The notes beneath the pieces were generated by a model that was given only the letters and a program-made list of their open reading frames with translations, did not search any database and was not told the DNA's origin. From Heteronotia binoei (lineage: Eukaryota), in contig NC_083229.1 in the NCBI RefSeq assembly GCF_032191835.1, positions 73,470,001 to 73,534,000 on the forward strand: 64,000 nucleotides of DNA, read 5' to 3'. The position numbers were made by a program, and so were the translations under genes. This document shows, piece after piece, positions 35,086 through 47,119 of the stretch (the first letter of the stretch is position 1; every line of letters starts with the position of its first letter).

Positions 35086-36041
35086 TACATTTTTCCATGT
35101 GGGCTTCTTTCTGTGTGGGCTTTTTTCTACATGGGCATTTTTCCATGTGGGCTTTTTTCCTTTGCGCATTTATGACCATGGGGTTTCTTCTGTGAGTTTT
35201 TTTCCTGTGGGCTTTTTTCATGGAGCCGTGTAATATTACTGATTTTCCTGCAGCACCAACATGAACATTGTAGTGATTCATTTCATCATCTGTTACCCAG
35301 TGACACTGTCCCAGATATTTTTACAAACTGTTATATTGTCTTCTGTATTTAAAACTTTTCCATAAGCCAATATTTTGACTACAAAATATATCTAAGTTAA
35401 AGATGCGTTCAATGTAGCTGGAACACTTCTTGGATGTTGTTTATTGCCAAATATATGGGTATTAGCAATTGATTGCAGCGAAAAGATTCCCTGAGCACTA
35501 GTATGCTGGATATCAGGAGAAGATATTGTATGTAGCAACTAGAAGAAGAAATGAGCCATAGAATACAAAGTCTACTGTGTTATACAAGAGGCACAATGCC
35601 AGTTGCTTTTTATCTGTAAACAGAAAGCATGATACAGTATATATAGAATAGCAGACAACTTTTTTTTTTTTTTTTTATATGAATATATTTATTGTTTTAG
35701 TCATTTACATTGAGCTTATCCTTTTTCTCATACAGAGTATACATCTGAATCTCTATCTCCCTTTACAAAGTATTCTTGCTCGGTCCTTTTAGTTTAAATG
35801 TTCTTATATCAGTCCATATTGAGGTCTTCTTGCTTCCAAGTAGTACCGTCGTTCTTTAGTCTTCTCCTTCTAGGCCTTATTAAGTCCATTTTCTCTTTCA
35901 CCTTCATATTCTTGTCACTTCCGAGCTTTTCCTGCCCTGACGATAGGGATGAGAATGTTTTAATACATAGGATTTGATTTCCTATCACATTCATCAATCT
36001 ATTTTTCTCTTCCCTAATCCCTCCCTCCCTCCCTTGCGTGC

Positions 36042-39000
36042 TCAACTTTCTAGCCAGGGGCACAAATTAAGAAGCTTCCACCGAATGTCCCGCCGTTGAC
36101 CTTCTAGTGACCACTTTAAATATGGATACCATTTCTCCTTTATCCTTTTTGTTTTTGACCCCCATTGTTCATCACGATTAAGCATAGCTATAATGTCCGA
36201 CTGAACATATTCAAATAAATAATTATGCCAGTTTTGCTCCGTCCATTTGGTTTTATCCTTCCAGCCAAAGGCTATTACAGCCTTGCCAGCTAGCACCATT
36301 GCTTTGAATAGATCCAGCCCTTCTTTATTGATTCCGTATTTATTTAATATGCTCCCGAACATTAAATCTAGATCTATCGTTGGTCTTATAGCAAAAAAGT
36401 TATGGATATGCTCTATTACCTTTTCCCAAAAGGGTTTAACTTCTGAGCATTCCCACCACATGTGGGAATACCATCCTTTTTTCTTTCCACAGTGCCAACA
36501 GTTAGAATTCAAACCCTGGAACATATTGGCTAATGTTGCTGGTGTTCTGTACCATTTTGTGAGGAACTTTAACTCCAGTTCTCTAAATTTATGCATTTTG
36601 AGCTGATGTATACCTTTCTTGAGACTGTCAAATACATTATCAGCTAAGTTGGTTTCAGAGCTCCATTTTTTTTTAACTAAATTTTTTATCTCCTCCTTAT
36701 CCGTCGTCATTTTCCTATATATCCTTCCTACTGTCCCTTTCTTTGTTTTTATCATCCCTTTTAACAACTCCTCCATTGGTTCTCCTTCAGTCACCAGTCT
36801 GTCTTCTATTGTCTTCCTAATTCTGTTATATAATCCTGTTATTTTCAGCCAATATTTCCTACCTATTTCATCGTATAGCGTTTGTAATGGTTTGAGTGTC
36901 TGCCCAACTAACATATCTTGTAGCTTGTTATACCCTTTTTTACTGAGTAATCTCCACCATCCTTTATCGTCATTCTTTTCATCCAAGGCCTCTAATGGGG
37001 TTTGTTTAGATGTTCCCTTTAACCATTTTAATTGCCATTTTCTCCAAATCATTAGTGCTGTTTTCCTCGGTCCTGTTTCTAATATGTTAACTTTGATCTT
37101 GCGTCCAGTGAAAACCCCTAAATTCCCTATTCCATTATTTGCCTCATTCTCTACTCTTACCCACTTCCTCTCCCTTTCCTCTCCTATTTCCATTAATGCT
37201 TTTAATTGAAATGACTCATAGTAACTCCTCAGATCTGGGGCCCCCCAACCCATGTTTGTATTATGCGCATATATGAAATGCCTTGAAACTCTACTTTTTT
37301 TGCTACCGAATATCCATTCTTTTATTTTCGCGTTCCAACTATCGAGTTTTTGTTTTTTAATTTCTAAAGGTATCGTTTGGAATAAGTACAATAGTTTCGA
37401 AGTCCAAAACATTTTCGCTGTATTAATCTTGGTTGTTATGTTTGACATCTTCTTGCCCCATCTCTTCATATCTTTTACTATCGTACTCCATATTCTGTTA
37501 TAATACTTTTCTACCAACTTTTTAACATTTTTGACTAAGTCTATTCCTAAATATCTGATTTTCTTGACCCCTAGTCCTATCCCCGTTCGTTCATGAATCT
37601 CTTTCCTTTCCTCTTTTTTTACATTAATGTACATTATTTCTGATTTTGCCATATTGATTTTTAGTCCTGAGTTTGATTCAAAGTCCTCTAATATAATCTG
37701 TATCTCCTTTACTGCTTCTTTTGGATTAACCATGACTATAATCAGATCGTCTGCAAACAAGTTCAACTTAATTTCTTCCTTGCCTAAATGACATCCTTCA
37801 ATTCTCCCCGAGTTTCTAAGACGTTGGGCTAACTGTTCCATTGCCATTATGAAGAAAAAGGGGGAGATCGGGCATCCCTGCCTAACTCCCCTCTGGATTG
37901 CAAATTGTGCTGTGTGTTCTCCATTAAGTCTAACTACAGCTGTACCTTCTCTATATATCTCCTTAAATGCCCTTATTGTTGATTGACTTATCCCATATTT
38001 ATCCATAACTGTCCACAAAAAATTATGTGACAATGTATCAAAGGCTTTATAAACATCTAGCTTCAATAACGCCAATTTCCCGGACTTGTTATGGCTCAAG
38101 ACATTTATTATGTTTCGGATTGGATGTGCAATGTTCCTACCTTCTACAAAACCATATTGGTCTTCTTTTATAACTTTTTGTATAATATTTTTAAGCCTAT
38201 TGGCCATTACTTTGGCAAAAATTTTATAATCCTGATTCAATAGGCTAATTGGTCTGTATGATCCTACTTCTTGAGGATCCTTTTGGGGTTTTAAAATCAC
38301 TGTGATTTCTGCCTTTCTCCATGTGTCTGGAGCTATGCCCCCTTTAAGTATATTATTAAATACTTCTTGCAATTCTGGTACTAATATTTCTCTCATTTCC
38401 TTATAAAATTCTGCTGAGAATCCATCCAGTCCAGGAGATTTTCCTACCTTTAAACTATCTATCACTCTTTCAATCTCTTGTCTTGTTATATTGTCCTCTA
38501 ATCCTCTCTGCTCTGTATCTGTCAACCTTACTCCTATCTCTTCTTGAAAATCCTTCACTCCTTTTTCTCCATATAAGTCTTTATAAAAAGTCTCAAATGC
38601 TGCTTTTATTTCCTCTGAATTCTGTGTTAGCTTTTTATCCACTCTGATACTTCTCACACTTTGCCTTTGTTTCTTATTTTTTAGAAAATTTGCTAGTCTC
38701 TTAGCTGAGTTAAGAGTATTTCTCTGGTATTCATTTTTTACCATGACCTGTTTCCTCCATAATGCCATAGAGTCTAGATCATCTAGTTTTTTCTGTAAAT
38801 CCCTAATTAACTTGTGTCTAATGGGGCAAAACTTCTGAACTTGGTCTTTTTGCAGTTTACCTAATTCTTGAAGCCTGCCTTCTCTGTCTGCATACCATTT
38901 TTTCTTTATCTCCTTTTCTTTCATAATACATTGTCCTCTGATCACCGCCTTAGCTGCGTCCCATAAGATATTTGTTCCCACTGTACCTCTATTCTCTTGA

Positions 39001-39764
39001 AAGAATAGCTTCGTTTGTTCCATAATATGTTTTTTATCCTTATCCTTAACCATAACCATATTATTGTATCTCCATATTCTTTTGGTTTGCTTATATGTTG
39101 TTTTAAATTCTACACTTATCGGGGCATGGTCCGATATCCATATTGGGTGGGTAATAACTTTTTTAATTTCCCAGTTGCATGTTCTATTAATTAATACATA
39201 ATCTAAACATGAAGTCGTTTTATATCTCCCTGAGAAGTATGTGGGTTCAGGTACCAATTTAAGAGCTTTATATACTTCAATAAAGTTCCATTGTCTCCAA
39301 TTTATTATTTTATCCTTATTAACATCCTTATTAAAGTCACCCGCTAATATCACCTCCCCTTCAATAAATTTACTAGCTTTTTTTAGAACTTTTAATAAAA
39401 AGGTTTTCTGTCCTGTATTTGGAGCATATATATTTATCAATGATGTTAACCTATTTTCAATCAAACACTTAACCATGACAAATCTCCCTTCAGCATCTCT
39501 TATCACCTCTATTGTTCTTATATCATACCTTTTATGAGTTAGGATTGCTACCCCCCTTGCTTTATTTGATCCCCGTGCCTCTGCCAAAATTTCCCAATTT
39601 GGGTCACTAATCAAGGGTCTTTTATCTCTTTTAGATTTATGAGTTTCCTGGAGCCAAACTATGTCTATATTTTGTTGTTTAAGGAATCTAGAGAGCTTGT
39701 ATCTCTTTAAGTCTTATCCCAAGCCATTGACATTCAGTGTCAGCATCCTTAATGTTTTATCCAT
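36042..39764 (-). pseudogene. L1 ORF2p (APE endonuclease, RT, CCHC), 1240 codons with one internal TAA at codon 17
   Basis: ATG at 39764 reads MDKTLRMLTLNVNGLG*DLKRYK...WLQETH, in frame with the listed 1190-aa ORF. The stop is at 39714-39716. Motifs NIYAPN, GDFN, LDY, SDH, PGLDG, KAFD, QGCPISP, FADD and CWHC...HMWWEC are intact. Confidence 0.93.
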
Positions 39765-40017
39765 ATTTAGATCGAAAACTACCATTCTTTTGTACCCCTG
39801 GCTGAATACTTAGTTTACTTTTGTACCCCTTCCCATTCCCAAATACCTCTTCCCTCCCCTTCCCCATCTCTCCCCCCCCTTTGTGTAGAGCCATAGACTG
39901 AGGATGATCACTCATCCCTTCTCTACACCTTGAGCAAGCGCACTCCCCCCCCTCCCGGGTTATGTTACTACTTATTTAACCATTTTGTTTTTATTTGGAT
40001 ACTTCCCTTAATATGTC

Positions 40018-40833
40018 TCAGTCTCGAGACAGTCTTATCCTTTTCTCCGATCGAGTGGATGCTCCTTCCCCTGGGTCCTGCTCCTGTGACTGGGGTTGGT
40101 GAGGTTCCTCCATAAGCATTGGATCACTGCTCCTCTCATCTGCTCCCAATGTCTTTAATAGCTCCCGTGCCTCTTCAGGGTGCCGTGCACAAAGTCTTCT
40201 TCCATCCTGGTAGATAACTAAAGACGCTGGATATGCCCAGCTAAATTTAATGCCGCTTTGATTAAGTTTCTGTGCATAGGGTTTCATTTGAGACCTTTGG
40301 TGTAATGTTTCTTTACAAAAGTCTTCTTTCACATAAACTTTTCTGCCTTTAAAAGTTAAGTCTTTGGCTTTTTTAAGTGTTTTGAGGACTCTTTGCTGCA
40401 GTTTCTCTCTTGCTAGTTTCATTATGACTGGGCGGGGCGCCCCGCCCTGCCTTCTTGTTTGAAGTCTGTGAGCACGTTCTACTTCTTCTAGTTGTATCTC
40501 CATGCCCTGGTCTAATAACAAATCCACCAGTGTTTGCTCTAAATCGCAAGACTTAACTTCTTCTGAAATGCCAAAGAAGATAACATTCTTCCTCCTGCTT
40601 CGGTCTGAAAGTTCTGTGGATTGTTTTTTCAAAAGGTCAATTTCCCCTTTATTTTGCAGTGAAAGAGCCTTTGCCTCTGTCGCAATACCAGCGACTGTCT
40701 TAAGTTCTGCGCCTAAGCTCTGCATCTGTGTTGTTAAATCAGCCAACGTTGCATGTACTTTAGCTTGAGAATCAAGCATTAGAGTTTGGAACTGTGCTAA
40801 TTGCTCTGAGAGGCTTTTCACAGTGACCGCCAT
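40018..40833 (-). CDS. L1 ORF1p (coiled coil, RRM, CTD), 271 aa, open
   Basis: N-terminal heptad region, then SRRKNVIFFGISE, ERAHR, PRPVIMK, EDFCKETLHQR and YPASL motifs typical of L1 ORF1p. Confidence 0.92.
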   Translation of the reverse strand: MAVTVKSLSEQLAQFQTLMLDSQAKVHATLADLTTQMQSLGAELKTVAGIATEAKALSLQNKGEIDLLKKQSTELSDRSRRKNVIFFGISEEVKSCDLEQTLVDLLLDQGMEIQLEEVERAHRLQTRRQGGAPRPVIMKLAREKLQQRVLKTLKKAKDLTFKGRKVYVKEDFCKETLHQRSQMKPYAQKLNQSGIKFSWAYPASLVIYQDGRRLCARHPEEARELLKTLGADERSSDPMLMEEPHQPQSQEQDPGEGASTRSEKRIRLSRD

Positions 40834-41444
40834 GTTATCTCAGCTTCCTCAGCCTCCCCTCCTTTTCTTTGATATTATTGCTTATTTAAGCTTACTTATC
40901 TTTAAGCCACTTATCTTTTCACTCTGCTCCTCCTTATGTTAGACGTCTCGCAGCCAGTTTCGATGACTCCCGCTTTTAATTACGTTCTTTTACAGCTTGT
41001 ATCTTTGTTTTCTTAGGGAGAGTGGGGACGAGGCGTCCGAGTCCTAGCGCGTGCGCATTGCTCTCGAATAGCAGACAACTGATAGATCTTTTTAAAATCA
41101 TCTGACATACAGGAAAAATGTCAGTCCAAAAAAACAGCCTACAAAACAGTTCCTGAAATTGATTGTGCAATAAACTTCTTTAGCAAATGAAAGAGAACTC
41201 ACTTTGGAAGTAAGTTTGTGAGAATGCTCACTTGTGCGCCATTATCAGTTTTATCAAATACATGTCCACTGCTCTAAGGACGCTGCTATTAATTTACTAG
41301 TACCAGGTAATAAAGAAAAAAATGTTCGATTCCTGAAGAGTCAGACTTGACTGTGCAACTGAACAACAGCAACAACAATTGCTGTGGGTTAGTTTGCTAA
41401 ACATTGTCATTTGAAACATCGTTACATGTTCAGAATATCTAGGG

Positions 41445-42646
41445 CAGGGGTGTCAAACTCATTTGTTATAAAGGCCAGATCTGACATAAATGGGACTTTG
41501 TCAGGCTGGTCACGTGTGTCATAAAATGTAATGCCAGGTAGCAGAGATATAAACTTTATAAAGGACACAGACAAAACACAATTAAAGACTAAGTTTTTTA
41601 CTTAAAAGTACAAACATGCTTAAAACAGTAAAACTCTTGTGATACTTAGTTTATGTAAGTCTTTGACATCTGACACCTCCCAAACCTTCCCCCTCCCACT
41701 CATGATACCTGCTTAAAATGGAAAGATGGTGGAATTGTGGGAGTTGGCAATGCAATTTTTAAAATAAAACATGAAGAGAAAGCACATGGCTCATAGTAGA
41801 AACTTAAAAAATAAACTAAAAACTATAAAAAGCTCTGAGCCTAGGAAAACATGAAATGGCAAGCTTCTCTCCCCCACCCCCAGGTCTACTCAGAGTGGCA
41901 GTGGCTCTCCATGTAATGTTTCCCTTTGGCTGTGGGTTCCCAGCTTAGAATACTCACTTAGGCACCCAGTCTCAGGTCCATTCAGCAGAGACAAGCTGGC
42001 TCAATATATCAGCTGTTTATTCAAAAGGGGATAACCCACACAACTAACAACCACAGCTGAGATACAAAACTGGAAACTGAAACAAGAGGTTCACCCAATA
42101 TAGGATCAAATTAAATCACACAGGTATCAACGGGGGGAAGCAGACTGTTCCATTATATGTATACATATTTACAATAAATATACCACATTCCAGGGTCTGT
42201 TTTTTAAACAGGATGGTTTGAGATGAGAGGCCCACTGAAGATAGAGGGAGCCAAGAATGCCAGTTGACTTGCATGGGGAACCATTGAAATACATTGCAGC
42301 ACAAAAAATGTTGCAAAGAAAATGCGGAATGGATTTTCCATTAAGGTCTCTGGGCCCAGAAAGACTACTCTGGGAATGGAAAATCCATTCCACATTTTCT
42401 TTGCAACCTTTATTGTTCTGCAATGTATTTTTTGTAGTGCAATGTATTTTATACTTTACAGGAGGAGAAGCCCATGAAGACCAGCTGGGTAATTCAGCAG
42501 CCCTGTCCTAAACTCCCTGCACTCAGCAGCTGGTCAAGCTCGGAAGGGTAAAGACAGGGAGGGGATGGGGAGAAGAGAGCCATGGGCCAGATTAAAGCCC
42601 TGGACAATCCAGTTCTGGCCCCCAGGCTGTAAGTTTGACACCCCTG
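41445..42646. mobile_element. hAT non-autonomous element, same end family as 8401-9000
   Basis: TIRs CAGGGGTGTCAAAC and GTTTGACACCCCTG. TSD ATCTAGGG/ATCTAGGA. It shares about the first 190 bp with 8401 but has a different interior. Confidence 0.88.
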
Positions 42647-43128
42647 ATCTAGGATGTTCTCATTATAATGTTCAAAATGAGTTCCTTACATTTATCCAGG
42701 AAGTCTGTGGTCTAGCAAAAGGATTGTTACATGGCCAGAATCTCCTGTCAGTCCCAAACCTCAAGCTGCATGAACAGTTTTGTCTTGCAACAGCTTAACT
42801 GTATGCAGACATCAAAAGTTGTATGTAACATATTCCAGTAGAAGAGGGAGCAGGATTTTTCTTACAATTCCCCCTCCTTGTGTTCATGAGTCCCCACAGA
42901 CATTAACAGCAAGTCCCATGTGTGCACAAGAGTACATGTGCAAGCTGTTTCCTGCTGCTCTGAATGTTACACCTTTCCTGCTCATTTAGAAGAGGACTTG
43001 CTGCAGACCTTTAGGGGAATGCATGTATATTGCCTATGGAGTCAGCAGATGCAATCCTGCTCAACTGTGCATACCTCAGGGTTTTTTTTAATGTCTACTA
43101 AGCACTACAACATTCCTGGCAATGAAAG

Positions 43129-43245
43129 CAGGACTTTTTTGTAGAAAAAGACAAGCAGGAACTCATTTGCATATTAGGCCATACCCTCTGATGCCAAGCC
43201 ATCCAGAACTGCGTTCCTGTGTGTTCTTGCTCAAAAAACCCCCTA
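43129..43245. mobile_element. Octamer-bearing hAT MITE, single-unit form
   Basis: CAGGACTTTTTT start and ATTTGCAT at 43165-43172. Confidence 0.7.
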
Positions 43246-43887
43246 AACGAGCATTTTTACAGGTCACTCCTATGTTAAAACTGTAATACTGGCTTGTATC
43301 CAGCCATGAACCTCCAGAGACTTAAGGGCACCCCCGTCTTTAGAAGGAGATGGTGGTTTATGATAGTTCCCTCCTCTCACTTCAGATCCATACTTTACTG
43401 CCTGTGCTGCCCACTGTCGTACAAGAGCAAAATTGGAGGGTGGGATTTGTTTGGTTTAGCAAGAAGGCGAAAGCTCTGCTCATGAGGGCCACTCTGCAAG
43501 CAGATCTTCTTGAATATAAACTGAAGGATGAGATCCTAAGCTTGTTTCTGCTTACGTAGTGCCCTTTTCTATTGCAGGGGCGTAAATTCACTGTGGAGTG
43601 CATTCCTCCAGCATTAGAAGCTTCCACTCAAGCAAGAGCTTTCAATAAACAGAAAAGTGCATAGTATCAGAGGAACATGGTCCATAGCAAAGGACTGCCT
43701 TTGCATTGTAGAAAGAGGTGTGCTATCAGAAGGCAACCTTGGGACCCAAGCTAGTGTTTCTTTTACTCAAACATAAACACCTCAGTCAACAGCCACAATT
43801 CAGAAAGCGCCGGGCTTTTACTGTTTTAGATCTTAATATTTGGCGATCCTTGAGAGAGACAGAGGAAGAGTATTAAGCTTTGCTTCT

Positions 43888-44169
43888 GAGAGCCAGTTTG
43901 GTGTAGTGGTTAAGTGTGTGGACTCTTATCTGGGAGAACCAGGTTTGATTCCCCACTCCTTCACTTGCAGCTGCTGGAATGGCCTTGGGTTAGCCATAGC
44001 TCTGGCAGAGCTTGTTCTTGAAAGGGCAGCTGCTGTGAGAGCCCTCTCAGCCCCACCCACCTCATAGGGTGTCTGTTGTGGGGGGAGACGATATAGGAGA
44101 TTGTAAGCTGCTCTGAGTCTCTGGTTCAGAGAAGGGTGGGGTATAAATCTGCAGTCTTCTTCTTCTTCT
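43888..44169 (+). mobile_element. Squam3-type tRNA-derived SINE
   Basis: Head GAGCCAGTTTGGTGTAGTGGTTAAG, B-box GGTTTGATTCCCC and a (TCT)n tail. Confidence 0.85.
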
Positions 44170-44597
44170 CTTTGCCCCAAAGTCCTTTCTGTTCCCTTTG
44201 CCCCAAAGTCCTTTCTGTTTTCTACTCTAATTATTACTTGGAAGGTACAATTTTACACTAATATCTACCTAGCTAACTAATGAATATTGATTAATAACTT
44301 AAAGCTGTGCTCTACCACCTACTGCTCTGACAGGTTGCTGGATAGCCTTGAGGCCTTATGCTACCACTACGTGGTTGGAGGTTAAGAGATCTGGAATCTG
44401 CTTTGTGCATTAGCATATTATTCTTATATCTTGTGGAGAAAAAGATTCTCACTCTAACAGTTAGATGAAATACATGTTTTTCTAGCAGAGATGAATTCCT
44501 ATACGTGGAAAAGGAATATGTGATAAAATCGTGTTGCTTCTTGTGTTGTTCTGGCAAAATCCTGGTGGCCCTCTACCATTGAGAGTCATCCTTCCCT

Positions 44598-44973
44598 TAG
44601 GGCTGCCAAGTTCTCACCAGGGGTGGGGGATCTCCCAGTTTGGCAGAGAGGAGGCTGCCAGGGGGAACCCCACCCCTTGAAGAGTCCTGCCACCATGCAG
44701 GGTGCAATGATGTCACCCAGAAGTGACGTATTGTGCTGGGCACATCACTTGGGGATGCTCATGGAAATTGTGGAAAACTCCATGGTTTCACACGGGGATG
44801 CTCTAGAAACTTTGGGGAAAACATAGAGCATCCCTGGGCGAAACCATAGAGTTTCCTAGAGCATCTCCGCACGACGTGCCTGATGTGATACATCACTTCC
44901 GGGTGATGTCATCATGCTGCATGCATACGAAAAAAGTCCCCCACCAGCAGCTGGTGGGGACTTGGCAACCCTA
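44598..44973. repeat. TAGGGTTGCC-ended MITE-like repeat with a palindromic interior
   Basis: Ends TAGGGCTGCCAAG and CTTGGCAACCCTA. Confidence 0.65.
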
Positions 44974-45696
44974 AATTACCACCCTACATGCGGTGCTTTT
45001 CAGCAACTGCAGTCATTAACAGTTCACTCTGTCCTCACTGCCAGGTTGCAGGTTGCAATGACCCTCCTCTGCCCACACAAAATGTGCCCTGTGGATGGAG
45101 GGGTGAATAGGGAAAAGGGCTGAGGGTTCACTTCTAATCTCAGAGATTGACTGAGTGGGAGAGGACCTAGAAAATATTTGCAGAAGAGAATCAAAGTGAA
45201 GGAACATCTCCTTCCATATATCTCTGTGTGCTAGCTATTGTCATCAGGCAGCCATTTGTTGGCAATGCCATCACTTAGGGTAGCCCATCTGGCATTGACC
45301 ATATCCCAGGCCTTTTCCATCATAGCTCCGGCTCTGTACAATGGGCTCCCTAAAGAGATGAGAGGGGCTATGTCCTTGGAGGTCTTCAGGAAGTGCTGCA
45401 AGGCCTGCCCACACTTGAGGGGGTTTGAAAAGCAAGCATCTTTTCAAGCAGGAAGGGATTGAGGGATTGTTATTTTATCTTTCATTTTAGCTGAAGATAT
45501 TTTAATTATTAATGTAAATTTCCTTGAACTAGGAGAAAAAACAGGATATAAATGTTGTAATAAACAAATAAATAAGGGCTGAGAATCCTGCTGATTTTTC
45601 CCATAAATGCCCTGTTTGTCCATCCCCACACTGGAGATCCATCCATTGTCACTGTCAACGAATTGCTGGATAGATTTAAGTTGAGTAATATGAACA

Positions 45697-45984
45697 GAAA
45701 GAGCCCCGTGGCGCAGAGTGGTAAAGCTGCAGTACTGCAGTCAGAGCCCTCTGTTCACGACCTGAGTTCGATCCCAATGGAAGCTGGTTCAGGTTGACTC
45801 AGCCTTCCATTCTTCCGAGGTTGGTAAAATGAGTACCCAGCTTGCTGGGGGGGAAGTGTAGATGACTGGGGAAGGTAATGGCAAACCACTCTGTAAAACG
45901 TCTGCCGTGAAAACGTTGTGAAAGCAACATCACCCCAGAGTCGAAAACAACTGGTGCTTGCACAGGGGACTACCTTTACCTTTT
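45697..45984 (+). mobile_element. Sauria SINE (Squam1), gecko-type
   Basis: tRNA-like head GAGCCCCGTGGCGCAGAGTGG with a B-box GTTCGATCCC, an (ACCTTT)n tail, and TSD TAATATGAACA at 45686-45696 and 45985-45995. Confidence 0.88.
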
Positions 45985-46082
45985 TAATATGAACATATTT
46001 GAGAGGAAAGAATATGCATCCTGGAAGGACTCATTTTTGGTTTTTTTAGTACTACTGGTTACAATACAAAGCAAATTCTCAA

Positions 46083-46113
<31 letters not shown>

Positions 46114-46738
46114 TTATATTAAGGTTAAACATGCCTTACAGCAGATGAAGACATCAGTTCTGAATTCATGCCAATGCATATAGACAGAGGATTTGGCCCA
46201 AATATATATGATTGCACAGTTTGTCCATGGACAAGGCATGTTTAACCTTAATTTTAATTACATTATTATTTCTCCTCATTAAGCCACTGATGTAATACAG
46301 TGGATTCTACCAATTGTGTTGTTATGAGTTGTGTTGTTTAGCTGACACTTTCATTACATGCTGACATACTAAAAGCTTATCTCAGGTCAAGAACAGACAT
46401 CATTGAAAAAATATTTGCAAAAATAAGATTGTCATATATTGCTAATGGACTACATTCATCCATCAGAGATTTAGGACCAACCCTTATATTATCTTTGTAG
46501 TTGTCAAAAACAAATGATAATGCCAAAAAAAATGTTACCTTTGGGACACATATTCTAGAGCAACTTGGAGTCATTTTGATTGTAGAGGCATTTTGAAGCC
46601 TCCATGCCTTCTGGAAAACATTTGCAGGTTTGGGTTCCTTGGCATGAAATATATCAAATGGAACCACAGACCCTTGGACCCTCAATCAAATTGTGTATCA
46701 GAGAAGCATCTGATACAGAGGAAGATACTTCCTCATAG

Positions 46739-46924
46739 CAGGGCTTTTTTGTAGAAAATGTCCAGCAGAAACTAATTTGCATATTAGGCTACACCCCAAC
46801 ATCGCCATTGTTTCACATAGGTCGTTTTTGTAGAAAAAGGCCAGCAGGAACTTATTTCTCTATTAGGCCACACCTCCTGACACCAAGCCAGCCAGAATTG
46901 CGTTCCTGCTCAAAAAAAGCCCTG
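46739..46924. mobile_element. Octamer-bearing hAT MITE
   Basis: Ends CAGGGCTTTTTT and AAAAAAAGCCCTG. TSD CCTCATAG/CCTCATAC. Confidence 0.85.
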
Positions 46925-47119
46925 CCTCATACCCTTTTCAGCAATATCAAGCTGTACCAGCTGATTTAATATACAGGAAAATTATTCACAGTACTGATAT
47001 CCACAAGAACTAGGGTTACCAGCTACTCAGAGGAAAAGAGTCCTTTCCTTTTAGTAGAAGTTTAATGAAATGTTATTTACCAAATAGTGTTACTTACATC
47101 TGGGGGTGGGGGGGGGGGC

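Larger units (their letters stand above)
32589..35227. mobile_element. Long-TIR DNA transposon derivative (Mutator/foldback-like)
   Basis: Inverted arms at about 32589-32960 and 34750-35227, built from AAAAGCCCACA(T/G)GG-type subrepeats plus a shared AT-rich block. Flanks are GTGTAATAG (32580-32588) and GTGTAATAT (35228-35236). No transposase ORF. Confidence 0.75.
35661..41065 (-). mobile_element. Full-length L1-clade LINE (about 5.4 kb), antisense to KLHL14
   Basis: TSD GAATAGCAGACAACT at 35646-35660 and 41066-41080. Poly(A) reads as T16 at 35661-35676, with AATAAA (plus strand tttatt) at 35688-35693. The 5' end starts GAGAGCAATGCGCACGCG. ORF1 and ORF2 are both present. Confidence 0.97.

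Noticed and set aside
39714-39716. L1 ORF2 TAA as a programmed readthrough site
   Set aside because: UAA-G is a strong stop context, and it lies inside the EN domain after a good ATG. A simple nonsense change is more likely.
36247-40768. Plus-strand ORFs of 83-196 aa inside the L1
   Set aside because: They are antisense shadows of A-rich L1 coding sequence with no recognisable domains.
43888-45780. tRNA-like sequences with A and B boxes
   Set aside because: They are SINE heads followed by SINE bodies and tails, with no complete cloverleaf.
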